Sequence record: NC_024794.1
Origin: Escherichia phage vB_EcoM_PhAPEC2
Direction: 5' to 3' (one strand)
Length of the DNA stretch: 64,000 bases
Positions 36,400 to 46,363 of the stretch are shown piece by piece; within the stretch, counting starts at the first letter, position 1, and every line of letters starts with the position of its first letter. A program made the position numbers and the translations under genes. Below the pieces are notes generated by a model, which worked only from the letters and a program-made list of their open reading frames with translations, did no database searches and was not told where the DNA came from.

Positions 36400-38088
36400 T
36401 TATGAAACAGTCATTACCGTAAATCGTCCAACTTTGCTCATCTGAAGATGTTGTCCATAACGTTGAGGGTCATGGTCTCGATGAGAGATAATGAACACGT
36501 TAGTATTTTGTAAACTTCCAAGAATGGTATCTATAGCCTTAACAGCTTCAGAATCTACAGCGCCGTCAAAAACCTCATCAAGAATCAACGTGTTGATTTT
36601 AACACCGGAGACCTTTTCAGCAATATCTCGCCATGTAAACAACAATGCGATATCGATACGTGCCTTTTCACCTTGACTAAATGAAGCATAACTAAAATCT
36701 TCACGACCACGTGATTTTATAGATTCATTGAATTCTTCGTCAATAGAAAACACGTAATCAGCTTCCATGATTTTAAGATAATAGTTAATCTGCTTGTTGA
36801 ACAGAGGCACGTATTTTTTAATGATAGCACCTTTAATACCAGAATCTTTTAACATATCTGTGATAATACCACGATGGTATTTTTCAAGAACGATATCTGA
36901 TTTTGTTTTAATGATTTTATCAAGTTCTTTTTGAAGCAAAGCTATTTCATCGGCATGGTCGATAAATTCCGCCGAGGCTTGTTCTATTGCAGCTTTAACT
37001 TTCTTAGCTTTATCAATAGTGGCAATCATTGCTTGTTTCTTGGTACGAATATCAGATGCAAGGTCCTGTTTAGTCTTAACATTAGCTCTATATTCGTCCA
37101 CTAGGACACTCAGATTATCTCTGTGACAGGTAAGTTGCTCGAATGAGTGATTACATTCATGAAGCTTATCGGTAATCTTAGAGACAATAGGATCACCCTG
37201 GTGCAACTGTGATGCACAAGTAGGACATGTACCGCCATCATGATACATCTTAATAACTTTGTTATATGAGTCAATTTTAGATTTAATCAAGAATGCTTCT
37301 TGTCCTATCTTGTTGAATGCCTCGGTAGGGTCTTCATCAAGAACGATATTAAGTAGTCGCTCATTAGCTTCTTCGATTTCTGCTTTTAATGAACGAGCTT
37401 CTTTGGCTAGGTCGTCATACATATTCTGTAGACGAGCTACATTATCACCAGATAATTTCTTTTGACGTTCGATATTCTCGTTATAAATCTTAATTTGTTG
37501 GATAACACCATCTTTCTTAGCATCGAGAACTTGTCCCTGGGAATTAAGTTCTCGAACTTGAGACTTATTGATTTTATCCATTTCAGCGAGTGTGCCGACT
37601 TCTAAAAGGTCTTCGACAAGTTTTCTACGAGCAGGGGTGCTAAGAGCCATGAAAGGGGTATACCCTGCCGTCCCAAGCACAACGATTTGTTTAAAAGACG
37701 CATATGACATTCCGATGCTACGTTCAAATTCTTCTTGGAAGTCACGACTGCTGGCAGATTCATCGAGACGAACACCGTCAACGGAGATTTCGAAAATATT
37801 GGGCTTTTGTCCACGTCTAATGAAGTATTTTTTATCATCGAATTCCATCCAAAGCTCAACTAAGAGCTCTTTCTTGTTCGTGCTATTAATGATTTGTCCT
37901 TTCTTAACATCACGAAATGGTTTACCGAAAAGTCCGAAAGTAATGGCTTCTAACATCGTAGATTTACCACCGCCATTTTTACCAGTGATTAATGTCTTTT
38001 GGACTTTATCTAATTGGATATCAATAGGATTCCCACCTACCGACATGATGTTTTGATAACGAACACGATTTAATTTAAATGATTTCAT
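36400..38088 (-). CDS. 46: recombination nuclease subunit (Rad50/SbcC-like ATPase)
   Basis: 562 aa; Walker A GKNGGGKST, coiled-coil middle, zinc hook-like CPTC. Confidence 0.9.
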   Translation of the reverse strand: MKSFKLNRVRYQNIMSVGGNPIDIQLDKVQKTLITGKNGGGKSTMLEAITFGLFGKPFRDVKKGQIINSTNKKELLVELWMEFDDKKYFIRRGQKPNIFEISVDGVRLDESASSRDFQEEFERSIGMSYASFKQIVVLGTAGYTPFMALSTPARRKLVEDLLEVGTLAEMDKINKSQVRELNSQGQVLDAKKDGVIQQIKIYNENIERQKKLSGDNVARLQNMYDDLAKEARSLKAEIEEANERLLNIVLDEDPTEAFNKIGQEAFLIKSKIDSYNKVIKMYHDGGTCPTCASQLHQGDPIVSKITDKLHECNHSFEQLTCHRDNLSVLVDEYRANVKTKQDLASDIRTKKQAMIATIDKAKKVKAAIEQASAEFIDHADEIALLQKELDKIIKTKSDIVLEKYHRGIITDMLKDSGIKGAIIKKYVPLFNKQINYYLKIMEADYVFSIDEEFNESIKSRGREDFSYASFSQGEKARIDIALLFTWRDIAEKVSGVKINTLILDEVFDGAVDSEAVKAIDTILGSLQNTNVFIISHRDHDPQRYGQHLQMSKVGRFTVMTVS

Positions 38089-38339
38089 ATGTATTCTCTT
38101 CGAATGAAGTCCTCTACATATTTTAACATGTCATCTCTATCAGCAAAATATTCATCCAGTTCTGCATACATAACAACACCTGGCGCGTACTCACAGGTAA
38201 CATACATTGTTCCAAAGAAACGAGGAGTTGATTCCTCGTAATTCTCGGTCCATTCAACGATACCAATATAACCGTCACCAATACTAAATTCATGACGATG
38301 GATTTCATAATCAGTCTTCGTCATTATATGCATCCTCAA
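38085..38339 (-). CDS. hypothetical protein (46.1 position)
   Basis: 84 aa; ATGA overlap. Confidence 0.5.
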   Translation of the reverse strand: MRMHIMTKTDYEIHRHEFSIGDGYIGIVEWTENYEESTPRFFGTMYVTCEYAPGVVMYAELDEYFADRDDMLKYVEDFIRREYI

Positions 38340-38568
38340 TACACGCTTCAGCCATTTTAAGAATAGAGCCAGGAGTATCGTTGTCCATTATATTAAAGCT
38401 AAATTCAATAGCCCAGTCGGTGCAGACATGAACTGCTTTAACTTCATTGCCTTCAACGCGTAATGGCTCAATCCAATACTTGATAGTGTTCTCGAATCCA
38501 TCATCATCTTTAACGTCCATTTCAACTTCAAGCCTGAGTCCAGCATTGTTAAATTCATCTAAAGTCAT
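38311..38568 (-). CDS. hypothetical protein (46.2 position)
   Basis: 85 aa acidic; ATGA overlap with 47. Confidence 0.5.
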   Translation of the reverse strand: MTLDEFNNAGLRLEVEMDVKDDDGFENTIKYWIEPLRVEGNEVKAVHVCTDWAIEFSFNIMDNDTPGSILKMAEACIEDAYNDED

Positions 38569-39584
38569 TGTGTTGCCTCAATATAAAGTTCGTTGGAATA
38601 TTTGACCAGCGCTTCTCTGTCTTCGTCTGAGATATCTGGAATCGCGTCAATATATTCTTTAATGATATCTTGAAGTGATTTAATCTCGATTTCCTGGTCA
38701 TCATCAGATTCAACACTGTTATCAACTTTAGAAACCATACGAAGAGAGTGAACTACTTTTTCAAGTTCAGATTCAAACTTAGTCAACTCTGAATCAATTT
38801 CTGATACTATAACACGTACGGCTAGATTAGTATAATCAGAATAATTGATTTTGCCTTTAAACGGATAAGTGATTCGTCGATGCCATGTTGTTTCATTAGG
38901 AATAAATTCCATACGTTCAACATCAGTGTCAAATACCCAGAATCCGCGCGGGTCGTTCTCATCACCTGCAGTAAGGGTCCATGGTGTCCCAATATATTTG
39001 ACGTTAGCAGCTTCAGAGATTGTGTGGAAGTGGCCGGACCAGACTTGTTTATAGGTCTTTAAGAAATCAGGTTCAAGCCCATGAGACTTCATTCCTTTAT
39101 AGAAATAAAAACCATTCAGTTCCCAGTGCCCAACACAATACGCGGCAGAAGAAGTCTTGATGTGCTCTAAGATTTCACCTGTATTTTCTTCACACATCCA
39201 TGGAACGATATCAATCAGACATCCGTCAAAATCTACAGTAGTTGGATGCTCGTAAATAGTAAAGTTTTCAAATTGAGTTAACAATTCAGAAACAGTGTTA
39301 GGTGTTATTGTATTCTTAAACGCCATGTCATGGTTTCCTATCGTGACATGAACGTGAATGCCTGCTTTAGAAATCATATCAACGATTTCACGATTGAATT
39401 CCATTGTACGATGTGTTATTGCTTTACGGACGTCAAACCAATCACCGTACTGAATCCAAGTTTTAATCCCGTGTTTCTTAGAGTATTCAATTGCTTGACG
39501 AATACCATCACGTTGAATATCTTGAACCCACGGGTCGTCTTGTTTGACTCCGATATGGAAGTCGCCTAAGTGCAAAATTTTCAT
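38565..39584 (-). CDS. 47: recombination nuclease subunit (Mre11/SbcD-like phosphoesterase)
   Basis: 339 aa; LHLGDFHIG, GNHD motifs; MotA-type promoter upstream. Confidence 0.9.
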   Translation of the reverse strand: MKILHLGDFHIGVKQDDPWVQDIQRDGIRQAIEYSKKHGIKTWIQYGDWFDVRKAITHRTMEFNREIVDMISKAGIHVHVTIGNHDMAFKNTITPNTVSELLTQFENFTIYEHPTTVDFDGCLIDIVPWMCEENTGEILEHIKTSSAAYCVGHWELNGFYFYKGMKSHGLEPDFLKTYKQVWSGHFHTISEAANVKYIGTPWTLTAGDENDPRGFWVFDTDVERMEFIPNETTWHRRITYPFKGKINYSDYTNLAVRVIVSEIDSELTKFESELEKVVHSLRMVSKVDNSVESDDDQEIEIKSLQDIIKEYIDAIPDISDEDREALVKYSNELYIEATQ

Positions 39585-39602
39585 ATTATTTCCTCATTAG
39601 TT

Positions 39603-39640
39603 AATTCATTCTATCATCCGTTTATAAAGCAAAAAAGGAA
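39603..39640 (-). promoter_or_regulatory. MotA-dependent middle promoter for genes 47/46
   Basis: minus strand TTTTGCTTTA, 11 nt, TAGAAT, then SD AGGAA and ATG of gene 47. Confidence 0.6.
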
Positions 39641-39655
39641 CTCCGAAGAGTTCCT
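39630..39655 (-). terminator. intrinsic terminator
   Basis: minus strand GGAACUC-UUCG-GAGUUCC followed by UUUUUU. Confidence 0.6.
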
Positions 39656-39827
39656 ATCCACATAGTACACCGTACAGAGGCTCATTTGAACTTTTAAATC
39701 GAATGGGCTTGTATGTAATAGTTCCTTCGGCTTTAGCTTTATCATAAGACTCTTTAAAACGTCTCATTCTTTCTGCTTTGCCTTTACGGATTTTATCGAA
39801 ATTTTCAGAGGTCAGGTCATTCGTCAT
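39654..39827 (-). CDS. hypothetical small basic protein
   Basis: 57-aa ORF not in track, followed by UUCG terminator. Confidence 0.35.
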   Translation of the reverse strand: MTNDLTSENFDKIRKGKAERMRRFKESYDKAKAEGTITYKPIRFKSSNEPLYGVLCG

Positions 39828-39866
39828 GCATAATCACCTCTCAGAAAATACCTAAATCGATTTCTC

Positions 39867-40088
39867 TCATCGTTTCCACCATTTCTTAACTTGAAATGAA
39901 TCGACCCACACGAGTTGTTTTGGGTCTGCCTTTACAATAGGCGGACAAATTTCTGTAATAGAACTGTCGTGATATTCCTTTTCAGAAATTTTAACACAAA
40001 GAGGACCTCCCAATTTAAGGGTGAACCCTGCGTTCAGCTTCAGACGTTTAAACTTTGTTTGAACTAGCGCCATTAATGATGTCCTCAA
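39867..40088 (-). CDS. hypothetical protein
   Basis: 73-aa ORF; start uncertain. Confidence 0.4.
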   Translation of the reverse strand: MRTSLMALVQTKFKRLKLNAGFTLKLGGPLCVKISEKEYHDSSITEICPPIVKADPKQLVWVDSFQVKKWWKR

Positions 40089-40371
40089 TAGCCTGACGAG
40101 TAGTAACCCACTGGATTTTAATTAACTTGTCATTATATGGTTGTCGTAGAATATCCCGAGATTTCTTAATAGCATATTCGTAAGCTTCGAAGTTGTTTTG
40201 AATTGCTGCTTCTTGAGCATGAGCATAAAGACGGTTTAGTTCAAAACGATTCTTTTTAAGAATCTTTTCGGATTTTTTACGTGCTTCAGCTTCATTTTTC
40301 TTTTGGATTTCTTGTAGCATTTTAGCTACTGCATCTTCTGCTTCTTTATTTTCAATAATCTCGGTAGTCAT
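40048..40371 (-). CDS. hypothetical protein
   Basis: 107-aa ORF. Confidence 0.5.
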   Translation of the reverse strand: MTTEIIENKEAEDAVAKMLQEIQKKNEAEARKKSEKILKKNRFELNRLYAHAQEAAIQNNFEAYEYAIKKSRDILRQPYNDKLIKIQWVTTRQAIEDIINGASSNKV

Positions 40372-40372
40372 A

Positions 40373-40588
40373 TTATCTCATTAAATTAAAATAAAAACGT
40401 CCATCCTCTTCAATACAGAACTCATACTCAACCGGAGTCCCATTTATCGAAAATGACACGTCATGTGGGTTCAAAGGGTCGATGTCAAAATTAATTTTAA
40501 ATTCACGACCCAACAGTTTTACCAAATAAGGGATTGCTTCGTCAAAAGGTTCTTCTAAGTAGTTAGAGATGTCAATTGTCATCCTCAT
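40373..40588 (-). CDS. hypothetical protein; start uncertain
   Basis: track ORF 40373..40666 overlaps the 3' end of gene 55; internal Met taken. Confidence 0.35.
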   Translation of the reverse strand: MRMTIDISNYLEEPFDEAIPYLVKLLGREFKINFDIDPLNPHDVSFSINGTPVEYEFCIEEDGRFYFNLMR

Positions 40589-41147
40589 ATAAAAAATCCA
40601 AACTAGGCGAATCGCTAACAACTTCCTTCTTTTCAGCCCCAGGAGCTTTATAAGCGGATTCTTCATAATGCGTCATTTTATCGTAGATGTCTTGAATAAA
40701 CGTTTCATCTACCAACGCTACCATATCATCGTCATGACTGTCGTAGACATTATGAACGAAGTAACTATATTTCTTTGCAACTTCCTTACGTTCTTTTTTG
40801 ATACGTTGGACAAAAGCATTAAAACAAGCTCGAGTTATGTATGCATGTGGGTTATTGTACTTAGTTTCGTCGAAATTATGAAGTCCCTTAATAGAGGCTT
40901 CAATCCCATCTGCAATCATCTCCTGCTTCCAAGACTGGGTATATCCTGAAAAGTTGAAACGTTTGGACAGGCCTTCGGCGATAAGCATAATTGCTAAACC
41001 GATGGTATCATTCTGACGAATAATTTTGTTTGGGTCTTTATTATTTAAGAGCTCCTTTTTCCACTCGATTATAGCGGCGAGAAGCTCTTTATTATTCACA
41101 TAGTTATTTTTAGGTTTTTGTTCGGTCATAAGTATCTCTTGGCTCAA
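40572..41147 (-). CDS. 55: late-transcription sigma factor
   Basis: 191 aa; closely matches remembered T4 gp55 ([44 protein letters not shown]). Confidence 0.9.
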   Translation of the reverse strand: MSQEILMTEQKPKNNYVNNKELLAAIIEWKKELLNNKDPNKIIRQNDTIGLAIMLIAEGLSKRFNFSGYTQSWKQEMIADGIEASIKGLHNFDETKYNNPHAYITRACFNAFVQRIKKERKEVAKKYSYFVHNVYDSHDDDMVALVDETFIQDIYDKMTHYEESAYKAPGAEKKEVVSDSPSLDFLYEDDN

Positions 41148-41284
41148 TTCATAGGTCTATTATATCATAATATTTAGAGACCTATCTTAAAGCACGAGAT
41201 ACTATCAAAGATACGTAACTTTTATAAAGTTGTCGACTTAAAATTCACCAAACTTTTCTTCGGATATAGTGATTCGAGATAGTT

Positions 41285-41512
41285 TCATTTTAGTTCCTTT
41301 GCTGCTTCAAGAGCAGCATCCAGCGAATCAAATTGGTCAACGAAATCAATATTCAACGCATCGTCAACCGTAGCATATAACCACCATTGTTTGAATTCAT
41401 ATTCTAGGATAAATCCAGGCCCTTCAATCTGAGGAAGACCTAGGCTATTTGTACCAACTTCGTAACCAGCTAGACGCAAGTCATTAATCAAAGTTTCTGT
41501 TAATACGCTCAT
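41285..41512 (-). CDS. hypothetical protein
   Basis: 75 aa; ATGA overlap. Confidence 0.5.
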   Translation of the reverse strand: MSVLTETLINDLRLAGYEVGTNSLGLPQIEGPGFILEYEFKQWWLYATVDDALNIDFVDQFDSLDAALEAAKELK

Positions 41513-41841
41513 TTTACCGCCTTAACAATTTTCAGGTCAACGAATTTTTTCTTACGTTGATTTTTCATACGACGGATAGTCTTTTCAGAGATTTCATGTT
41601 TCTGATAAGCTTTAGATTCAACACCAAATGCAGCAACGTCAAATTCAGAAAGAATATATTGTACTAGAATTTCACGAATAGAATTACGTCCAATTTTCTG
41701 GTCGTGTTTTTGCATGATTTCATAAAGACGGAATTCCCACGCGTCAAGAACTTGAGGAGTAACAATATTGCCGGATTCCAGAAGAGCAACAACTTTATCG
41801 AAAGCGAAAGAATTAACTACGTTTTTGATTTTAGTAGACAT
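41509..41841 (-). CDS. hypothetical protein
   Basis: track ORF 41509..41880; first Met lies inside a consensus sigma70 -10; SD GAGGAAAA precedes MSTKIKNVV. Confidence 0.5.
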   Translation of the reverse strand: MSTKIKNVVNSFAFDKVVALLESGNIVTPQVLDAWEFRLYEIMQKHDQKIGRNSIREILVQYILSEFDVAAFGVESKAYQKHEISEKTIRRMKNQRKKKFVDLKIVKAVK

Positions 41842-41874
41842 ATTATTTTCCTCGGTTATTTTATTATCCAATGA

Positions 41875-41908
41875 GAGCATTATACTCTGCTCTCAAGAGT
41901 TTGTAAAT
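41875..41908 (-). promoter_or_regulatory. sigma70-consensus promoter
   Basis: minus strand TTTACA, 17 nt, TATAAT. Confidence 0.5.
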
Positions 41909-41910
41909 CG

Positions 41911-42111
41911 TTATCCGAACTTTTTAGCGCCTTTCCAGCCTTCGTACATAACTGCACAAGTCAGTAGTACAGCGTGCTGGCATTCTTTGTATTTGTAAAT
42001 CCAGAACCAGCGTAAGAAGTCTTCGTCCTCAACACCGTTGAGTTTCATGTTCGCGAAGAATTCAGCTCGTTCTTCGCGAAGTTTTTGAGATAACATAGAT
42101 TCAGGATTCAT
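41911..42111 (-). CDS. hypothetical protein
   Basis: 66 aa; ATGA overlap. Confidence 0.5.
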   Translation of the reverse strand: MNPESMLSQKLREERAEFFANMKLNGVEDEDFLRWFWIYKYKECQHAVLLTCAVMYEGWKGAKKFG

Positions 42112-42242
42112 TTTATATTCCAGACCCCATTTTCATCGATGAACTTAATCCAGTCATTTACAGACCATTTAGTTGTATCACCCTTTGGATTAACATTTAA
42201 AGTATATAATCCCTGCTTAAAAAGCATTCGTTTGATATTCAT
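42108..42242 (-). CDS. hypothetical small protein
   Basis: track ORF 42108..42335; SD GAGGAAATT precedes internal Met (MNIKRMLFKQ). Confidence 0.4.
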   Translation of the reverse strand: MNIKRMLFKQGLYTLNVNPKGDTTKWSVNDWIKFIDENGVWNIK

Positions 42243-42249
42243 AATTTCC

Positions 42250-42543
42250 TCAACTGTAACGATAACATTCGTTAGCTTTACGTTTGGCTTCAGTATGAGA
42301 AGTATTATAATCATACTCTTCTTTACTGTAAACATCCTTTTTCAACTTACGAACTTCTTTGCGGAGTTGTCGATTCATTTCATTCTTGACTTCAGAATCA
42401 ACGCCTTTCGTACGTTTCCATTTATCTGAGCGGAAAATGTTTTCAACCATGTCTTTGTGGCTAACACCGTCAGGAGCTTTACGCTTACCAAAATAGTCGT
42501 AATCACGAACTTTCAAATCTTTACGACGATATGTTTTACCCAT
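42250..42543 (-). CDS. hypothetical basic protein
   Basis: track ORF 42250..42573; SD GAGGT precedes MGKTYRRKDLK. Confidence 0.5.
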   Translation of the reverse strand: MGKTYRRKDLKVRDYDYFGKRKAPDGVSHKDMVENIFRSDKWKRTKGVDSEVKNEMNRQLRKEVRKLKKDVYSKEEYDYNTSHTEAKRKANECYRYS

Positions 42544-42550
42544 AAGTACC

Positions 42551-42799
42551 TCAGAGGTTGATTGATACAACACGTTTGATAAAATTCACTTCACTTACTG
42601 AAAGGTCTTTAAGACCGATTGATTCTAAACGCTGAGTAAGCGTCAACATCGGGATATAATCCCATTGGGTTTTATTTGCTTGATAAGTACGAACGCCATT
42701 AGCAATTTCAACATGCAAATCGGAAATGGTAACGAATACCGGTCGCTCGTCATTAACTTTAAGGGTTAGAACAACTTTCTTTGAATCTAAACTAATCAT
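42551..42799 (-). CDS. hypothetical protein
   Basis: 82 aa. Confidence 0.5.
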   Translation of the reverse strand: MISLDSKKVVLTLKVNDERPVFVTISDLHVEIANGVRTYQANKTQWDYIPMLTLTQRLESIGLKDLSVSEVNFIKRVVSINL

Positions 42800-42978
42800 G
42801 GCTTAATTTCCTTCGCAATTGAACAGAAGATACCACGGTCACAAAGCATTTCGCCAATTTCTGGATATTTGATTGAACGGTACCAAACATCCAGGCTTGA
42901 AACTCTGGTTATCTGTACTGCATTACCGTTGACAGAATAGTACTGGTCAACCTTAATTTCTTTATCTTCAATTGTCAT
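42796..42978 (-). CDS. hypothetical protein
   Basis: track ORF 42796..43098; SD AGAGGAAAA precedes MTIEDKEIKV. Confidence 0.4.
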   Translation of the reverse strand: MTIEDKEIKVDQYYSVNGNAVQITRVSSLDVWYRSIKYPEIGEMLCDRGIFCSIAKEIKP

Positions 42979-43143
42979 TTTATTTTCCTCTATAGTAGAT
43001 GGTTTAATCTTAACACATCTATTGAGGATGTAAACTGTTTTATGAAAATATTTTCGATTTGAGAGGGGCACAAGGAGATAGTGAAGTGAAGATTCCAATG
43101 GATTATATTAGAAATGAGATAAAGAAGACCAGGCGGCACCTGG

Positions 43144-43467
43144 TCAATCTTCTATGATATCAGAGTCATATCCTAATGAAATCAAGGACTTTTTAAACTC
43201 TGCAATATTCTTTTGTTTCTTATCATTTAAAAATATGACAGGATAACGAATATTAAGTGAAGTGAATCCTGCACGTTTAGCAAGAGATACGATTAAAGGA
43301 CGGTCATATTCAATCTTACCATTATTAGTGAGGACTTTATAAAATGTATAAGGAGCATTGAGCTCCTTTAAAAGTTTTGTAACAGTATAACATCCTGGAC
43401 AACGTCCAACTTCTTCAGGGATGCCATAGATTTCAATCTTGTTCTTTAAGTTCGAGTTTTGTTCCAC
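43144..43467 (-). CDS. glutaredoxin/NrdH-like redoxin (start uncertain, possibly GTG)
   Basis: C-terminal 100 aa has thioredoxin-fold pattern IEIYGIPEEVGRCPGCY...YPVIFLND; no ATG after upstream stop. Confidence 0.45.
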   Translation of the reverse strand: MEQNSNLKNKIEIYGIPEEVGRCPGCYTVTKLLKELNAPYTFYKVLTNNGKIEYDRPLIVSLAKRAGFTSLNIRYPVIFLNDKKQKNIAEFKKSLISLGYDSDIIED

Positions 43468-43750
43468 GAGAAATAATTCCTTGGTAAGCCCAATAAGGAG
43501 GATTAACAGAATCCTCACCAGAGTTTTCTTCAGGAAAATAAACCTGGATAACGAAGCCGGATTCATCAAAGGTAAAATAAACCGTAGGCAGTTCACCTAA
43601 CAAATCGGCACGAGCGTTGATTTCTTCGAGGTCTTGTTCACGTCCAGCCCAGAAGCTTGGGTTCAGACTACATTCATAGAAATAATAGTCATTACCGAAC
43701 ATATCAAAACCATTCCAACTCTCTACTACATACCGCTCAAAACTAATCAT
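43433..43750 (-). CDS. hypothetical protein
   Basis: 105-aa ORF. Confidence 0.5.
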   Translation of the reverse strand: MISFERYVVESWNGFDMFGNDYYFYECSLNPSFWAGREQDLEEINARADLLGELPTVYFTFDESGFVIQVYFPEENSGEDSVNPPYWAYQGIISRGTKLELKEQD

Positions 43751-43752
43751 AA

Positions 43753-43968
43753 TTAAGCCTTTTTATCAAGAACAGAATTCAGTTTATTAGTAATTTTGTC
43801 CAAACGTTCATTGAATTCGCTGGAGGATAAACCCTTTTCTGGAGAAATTAAACTAATCACGAAAAATACACCAGTAAAAGGAATAAGAAAAATAGCTCCA
43901 ACTGCCATAAACAAAAAGAACGTTACAGTTGTAAGAAAATCAGCTAAACCTTTACGAAATTTGTACAT
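43753..43968 (-). CDS. small membrane protein
   Basis: 71 aa, two TM helices; SD AAGGGTAAAT. Confidence 0.5.
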   Translation of the reverse strand: MYKFRKGLADFLTTVTFFLFMAVGAIFLIPFTGVFFVISLISPEKGLSSSEFNERLDKITNKLNSVLDKKA

Positions 43969-44078
43969 ATTTACCCTTAATTAACTAAGCATTGATAATC
44001 ATTAAACTATATTGCGAATAAAATTCTGGACCAAAACGAAAAATCATATCATTTATAGTATCCATAATGTAATTCAAT

Positions 44079-44549
44079 TTAATCATGTTTCCACACCCCA
44101 TCGGTATTTGACCAAAGTCGCTGATTATCTGATCCTCGCCACAGTTTTTTGGTCGGAAGATTTTTCTCATACTTCCCATCAATAATAACATCAACATATT
44201 TAAGCATTTCTAGTTGTTTAATATCTTCAAACTTATATCCTGTCCACAACCAAATGCTTTTATTGGGATAAAGATTTTTTACTGTTTGAGCAATGCAATG
44301 AATAACATCTCGGTTATCAGGATAGAGAGGGTCACCTCCGGTTATAGTTAATCCTTCTATATAATCATTATTCAAACATTCAATTAATTGTTCTAGTGTT
44401 TCACCAGTGAATGGAGCACCATTTCTAGCATTCCATGTTGATTTATTATAACACCCTTCGCATTTATGCAAACAACCTGTAACGAAAAGAACGACCCTGC
44501 AACCAGGGCCATTCACAAAATCGCAAGGGTAAAATCTATCATAATTCAT
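44079..44549 (-). CDS. nrdG: anaerobic ribonucleotide reductase activase
   Basis: 156 aa; Cys cluster CLHKCEGCYN; adjacent to nrdD. Confidence 0.85.
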   Translation of the reverse strand: MNYDRFYPCDFVNGPGCRVVLFVTGCLHKCEGCYNKSTWNARNGAPFTGETLEQLIECLNNDYIEGLTITGGDPLYPDNRDVIHCIAQTVKNLYPNKSIWLWTGYKFEDIKQLEMLKYVDVIIDGKYEKNLPTKKLWRGSDNQRLWSNTDGVWKHD

Positions 44550-46363
44550 TGGTGTTTAACCCTATGCATGATTTCTTTATTTTTACCGAGATTAAATCCG
44601 CGTTCGTTCGGATTTCCAAGATAACCGCATGTTCTTCTTATGGTGTTCATCTTTTTAGGATCAGTTTCTCCACAAACTGAACAAACAAATCCGTTTTCAG
44701 TAGGAGTCATTTCATGGGTACTTCCACATGTAAAACATTTATCTACTGGCATATTAACACCAAAATAATCTAAATGTTGTGCAGCATAATCCCACACGGC
44801 CTCAAGACCTTTTAAATTGTTTTTCATGTCAGGTAATTCAACATAAGAAATGTGACCACCTGTCGCAATGAAATGATATGGCGCTTCACGAGAAATCTTT
44901 TCAAACGGAGTAATATTTTCTTCTACTGAAACATGGAAACTGTTAGTGTACCAGCCTTTATCGGTAACATCTTTTACGCTTCCATATTTTTCTGTGTCGA
45001 GTTTACAGAAACGATAACACAAGTTTTCAGCAGGAGTAGAATATAAACTAAAAGCAAATCCAGTTCTTTCGGTCCACTGTTTAAGATGAGCATTCATTTT
45101 AGTTAAAATTTCTTGTCCAATATCACGGCCAACAAGAATATTCAATTCGTGAATACCAATGTATCCTAGGGACACTGAACTTCTACCGTTTTTAAATAAC
45201 TCAATTATATCGTCATCAGGTTTAAGACGAACCCCGAATGCACCTTCTTGGTAAAGAATAGGAGCAACAGTAGCTTTAACACCCTTTAAAGAACTAATTC
45301 TACACATCAAGGCTTCAAAACACAGATCCATTCGTTCATTAAATAGCTCAACAAATTTCTGTTCATTGAACTGTGTTCCAATATAAGAATCTAATGCGAT
45401 ACGAGGAAGATTCAGTGTTACAACGCCAAGATTATTACGACCGTCAAGAATTTCATTTCCAGTTGAATCTTTCCATACGCTCAAGAAACTACGACAACCC
45501 ATTGGAGAAACAGGAACAGATGAACCAGTGATAGCTTTATTATTCTTAACCGAAATAATGTCAGGATACATTCTTTTGCTTGCACATTCTAATGCAAGTT
45601 GTTTAATATCATAGTTCGGATCATCTTTATAAAGATTAACACCTTCTTCAACAAACATAACAAGTTTAGGAAAAATAGGAGTTATTCCATCACGACCAAG
45701 ACCTTTAATGCGGTTTTTAAGAATTGCCTTCTGAATCATTCGTTCAGTCCAGTCAGTTCCTGTACCAAATGTAATTGTCACAAAAGGCGTTTGTCCGTTT
45801 GAACTAAAGAGAGTATTTACTTCATACTCATAAGCTTGAAATGCGTCATAGACATCTTTTTCTGTTTTGGATTGAGCATAATTCAACGCATCAGCGATTT
45901 GCCATTTTTCTGCATCCTCAATATGTTTTGCATAGGTGCGTTTAACATAAGGAGAAAGAACTTTATCGACATTCGCAAATGTAGTTCCGCCATACTGGTG
46001 AGAAGCAACTTGTGCAGTAATTTGTGCCATAATTGCAGTAGCAACACCAATCGATTTAGGCGTTTCAATTTGAGCATTGCCTAATTTAAATCCATTCTCA
46101 AGCATCCCCTTTAAATCGACTAAACAACAATTGGTAAACGGAAGAGCAGGAGAATAATCAATATCATGCATGTGAATGATTCCGCTTTCATGCGCATGCA
46201 TAATAAAAGACGGGACCATATTTTTGGCAATGTGCTTAGACACAATACCAGCCATAAGGTCCCGTTGAGTTGGAAAAACACGAGAATCTTTATTAGCATT
46301 CTCGTTCAAAAGATCTTTATTAGTTTTATAAATTAATCCTTCAATTTCTTTTTCAATTTTCAT
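44546..46363 (-). CDS. nrdD: anaerobic ribonucleoside-triphosphate reductase (glycyl radical), uninterrupted
   Basis: 605 aa; C-terminal zinc ribbon CFTCGS...CSVCG and glycyl radical region RRTCGYLG. Confidence 0.92.
   Translation of the reverse strand: MKIEKEIEGLIYKTNKDLLNENANKDSRVFPTQRDLMAGIVSKHIAKNMVPSFIMHAHESGIIHMHDIDYSPALPFTNCCLVDLKGMLENGFKLGNAQIETPKSIGVATAIMAQITAQVASHQYGGTTFANVDKVLSPYVKRTYAKHIEDAEKWQIADALNYAQSKTEKDVYDAFQAYEYEVNTLFSSNGQTPFVTITFGTGTDWTERMIQKAILKNRIKGLGRDGITPIFPKLVMFVEEGVNLYKDDPNYDIKQLALECASKRMYPDIISVKNNKAITGSSVPVSPMGCRSFLSVWKDSTGNEILDGRNNLGVVTLNLPRIALDSYIGTQFNEQKFVELFNERMDLCFEALMCRISSLKGVKATVAPILYQEGAFGVRLKPDDDIIELFKNGRSSVSLGYIGIHELNILVGRDIGQEILTKMNAHLKQWTERTGFAFSLYSTPAENLCYRFCKLDTEKYGSVKDVTDKGWYTNSFHVSVEENITPFEKISREAPYHFIATGGHISYVELPDMKNNLKGLEAVWDYAAQHLDYFGVNMPVDKCFTCGSTHEMTPTENGFVCSVCGETDPKKMNTIRRTCGYLGNPNERGFNLGKNKEIMHRVKHQ

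Noticed and set aside
43985-44197. 70-aa track ORF overlapping the 3' end of nrdG
   Set aside because: Most of it lies inside nrdG in another frame; only about 33 codons would remain after the nrdG stop and there is no SD.
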